Shown in pieces: positions 62,895 through 64,000 of a stretch of DNA of 64,000 bases. The stretch comes from Macrostomum hystrix (Eukaryota > Animalia > Platyhelminthes), in assembly GCA_950097015.1 (NCBI GenBank), contig CATNEN010000038.1:18414001-18478000 (forward strand). The letters run 5' to 3'. Both the position numbers and the translations under genes were made by a program. Position 1 is the stretch's first letter. The number at the start of each line of letters is the position of its first letter. Under the pieces are notes generated by a model that saw nothing but the letters and a program-made list of their open reading frames with translations, did no database searches and was not told the DNA's origin.

Positions 62895-64000
62895 TTCTCT
62901 ATTCCTCTCTCCCCTTCTCTTTTTCTCTCCCCTCCTTCTCTATTCCTCTCTCCCCTCCTTCTCTATTCCTCTCTCCCCTCCTTCTCTATTCCTCTCTCCC
63001 CTCCTTCTCTATTCCTCTCTCCCCTCCTTCTCTATTCCTCTCTCCCCTCCTTCTCTATTCCTCTCTCCCCTTCTCTTTTTCTCTCCCCTCCTCTATTCCT
63101 CTCTCACCTTCTCTTTTTCTCTCCCCCTCCTCTATTCCTCTCTCTCCTTCTCTATTCCTCTCCCCTCCTCTATTCCTCTCTCCCCTCCTTCTCTATTCCT
63201 CTCTCCCCTCCTTCTCTATTCCTCTCTCCCCTCCTTCTCTATTCCTCTCTCCCCTCCTTCTCTATTCCTCTCTCCCCTCCTTCTCTATTCCTCTCTCCCC
63301 TCCTTCTCTATTCCTCTCTCCCCTCCTTCTCTATTCCTCTCTCCTCCTCCTCTATTCCTCTCTCTCCTCCTCTATTCCTCTCCCCCTCCTTCTCTATTCC
63401 TCTCTCCCCTCCTCTAGTCCTCTATCCCCTCCTTCTATTCCTCTCTCCCCTCCTTCTCTATTCCTCTCTCCCCTTCTCTTTTTCTCTCCCCTCCTCTATT
63501 CCTCTCTCCCCTCCTTCTCTATTCCTCTCTCCCCTCCTTCTCTATTCCTCTCTCCCCTCCTTCTCTATTCCTCTCTCCCCTCCTTCTCTATTTCTCTCTC
63601 CCCTCGTCTATTCCTCTCTCCCCTTCTCTTTTTCTCTCCCCTCCTCTATTCCTCTCTCACCTTCTCTTTTTCTCTCCCCCTCCTCTATTCCTCTCTCCCC
63701 TTCTCTATTCCTCTCCCCTCCTCTATTCCTCTCTCCCCTCCTTCTCTATTCCTCTCTCCCCTTCTCTTTTTCTCTCCCCTCCTCTATTCCTCTCTCCCCT
63801 CCTCTATTCCTCTCTCCCCTCCTTCTCTATTCCTCTCTCCCCTCCTTCTCTATTCCTCTCTCCCCTCCTTCTCTATTCCTCTCTCCCCTCGTCTATTCCT
63901 CTCTCCCCTCCTTCTCTATTCCTCTCTCCCTTCCTTCTCTATTCCTCTCTCCCCTCCTTCTCTATTCCTCTCTCCCCTCGTCTATTCCTCTCTCCCCTCC
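62895..64000. repeat. Polypyrimidine minisatellite, about 23 bp unit
   Basis: ctattcctctctcccctccttct; runs off the window end. Confidence 0.95.

Overview
Eukaryotic (metazoan) genomic DNA. The whole window lies inside one large + strand gene. I chained 27 GT-AG exons by hand (1070..62879, 6,043 nt, about 2,015 codons). Every junction is phase-compatible and the chain has no stop codon. It encodes the ectodomain of a polycystin-1 family (PKD1-like/REJ) receptor: Ig-like N-terminal region, about 5 PKD repeats (WDFGDG, NFGDG, HTYFRPGNY), a REJ module and a GAIN domain ending in an intact GPS motif (CFYW..WKTDGC..CQCNHL|TAF). The start codon and the transmembrane part are outside the window. Intron architecture is striking. 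Introns without a large insertion are 72-160 nt, while nearly every longer intron holds its own minisatellite (units about 10-61 bp), often starting or ending within about 150 nt of a splice site. Also present: an inverted pair of arrays bracketing intron 4, a TIR element whose left TIR expanded into a satellite, a hAT MITE with a perfect 8-bp TSD, four tRNA-derived SINE families (two copies with TSDs), and a 61-bp array resembling tandem Helitron 3' ends. Almost all long ORFs in the supplied track are repeat translations. The style is reminiscent of a Macrostomum-like flatworm genome, but that is inference only.
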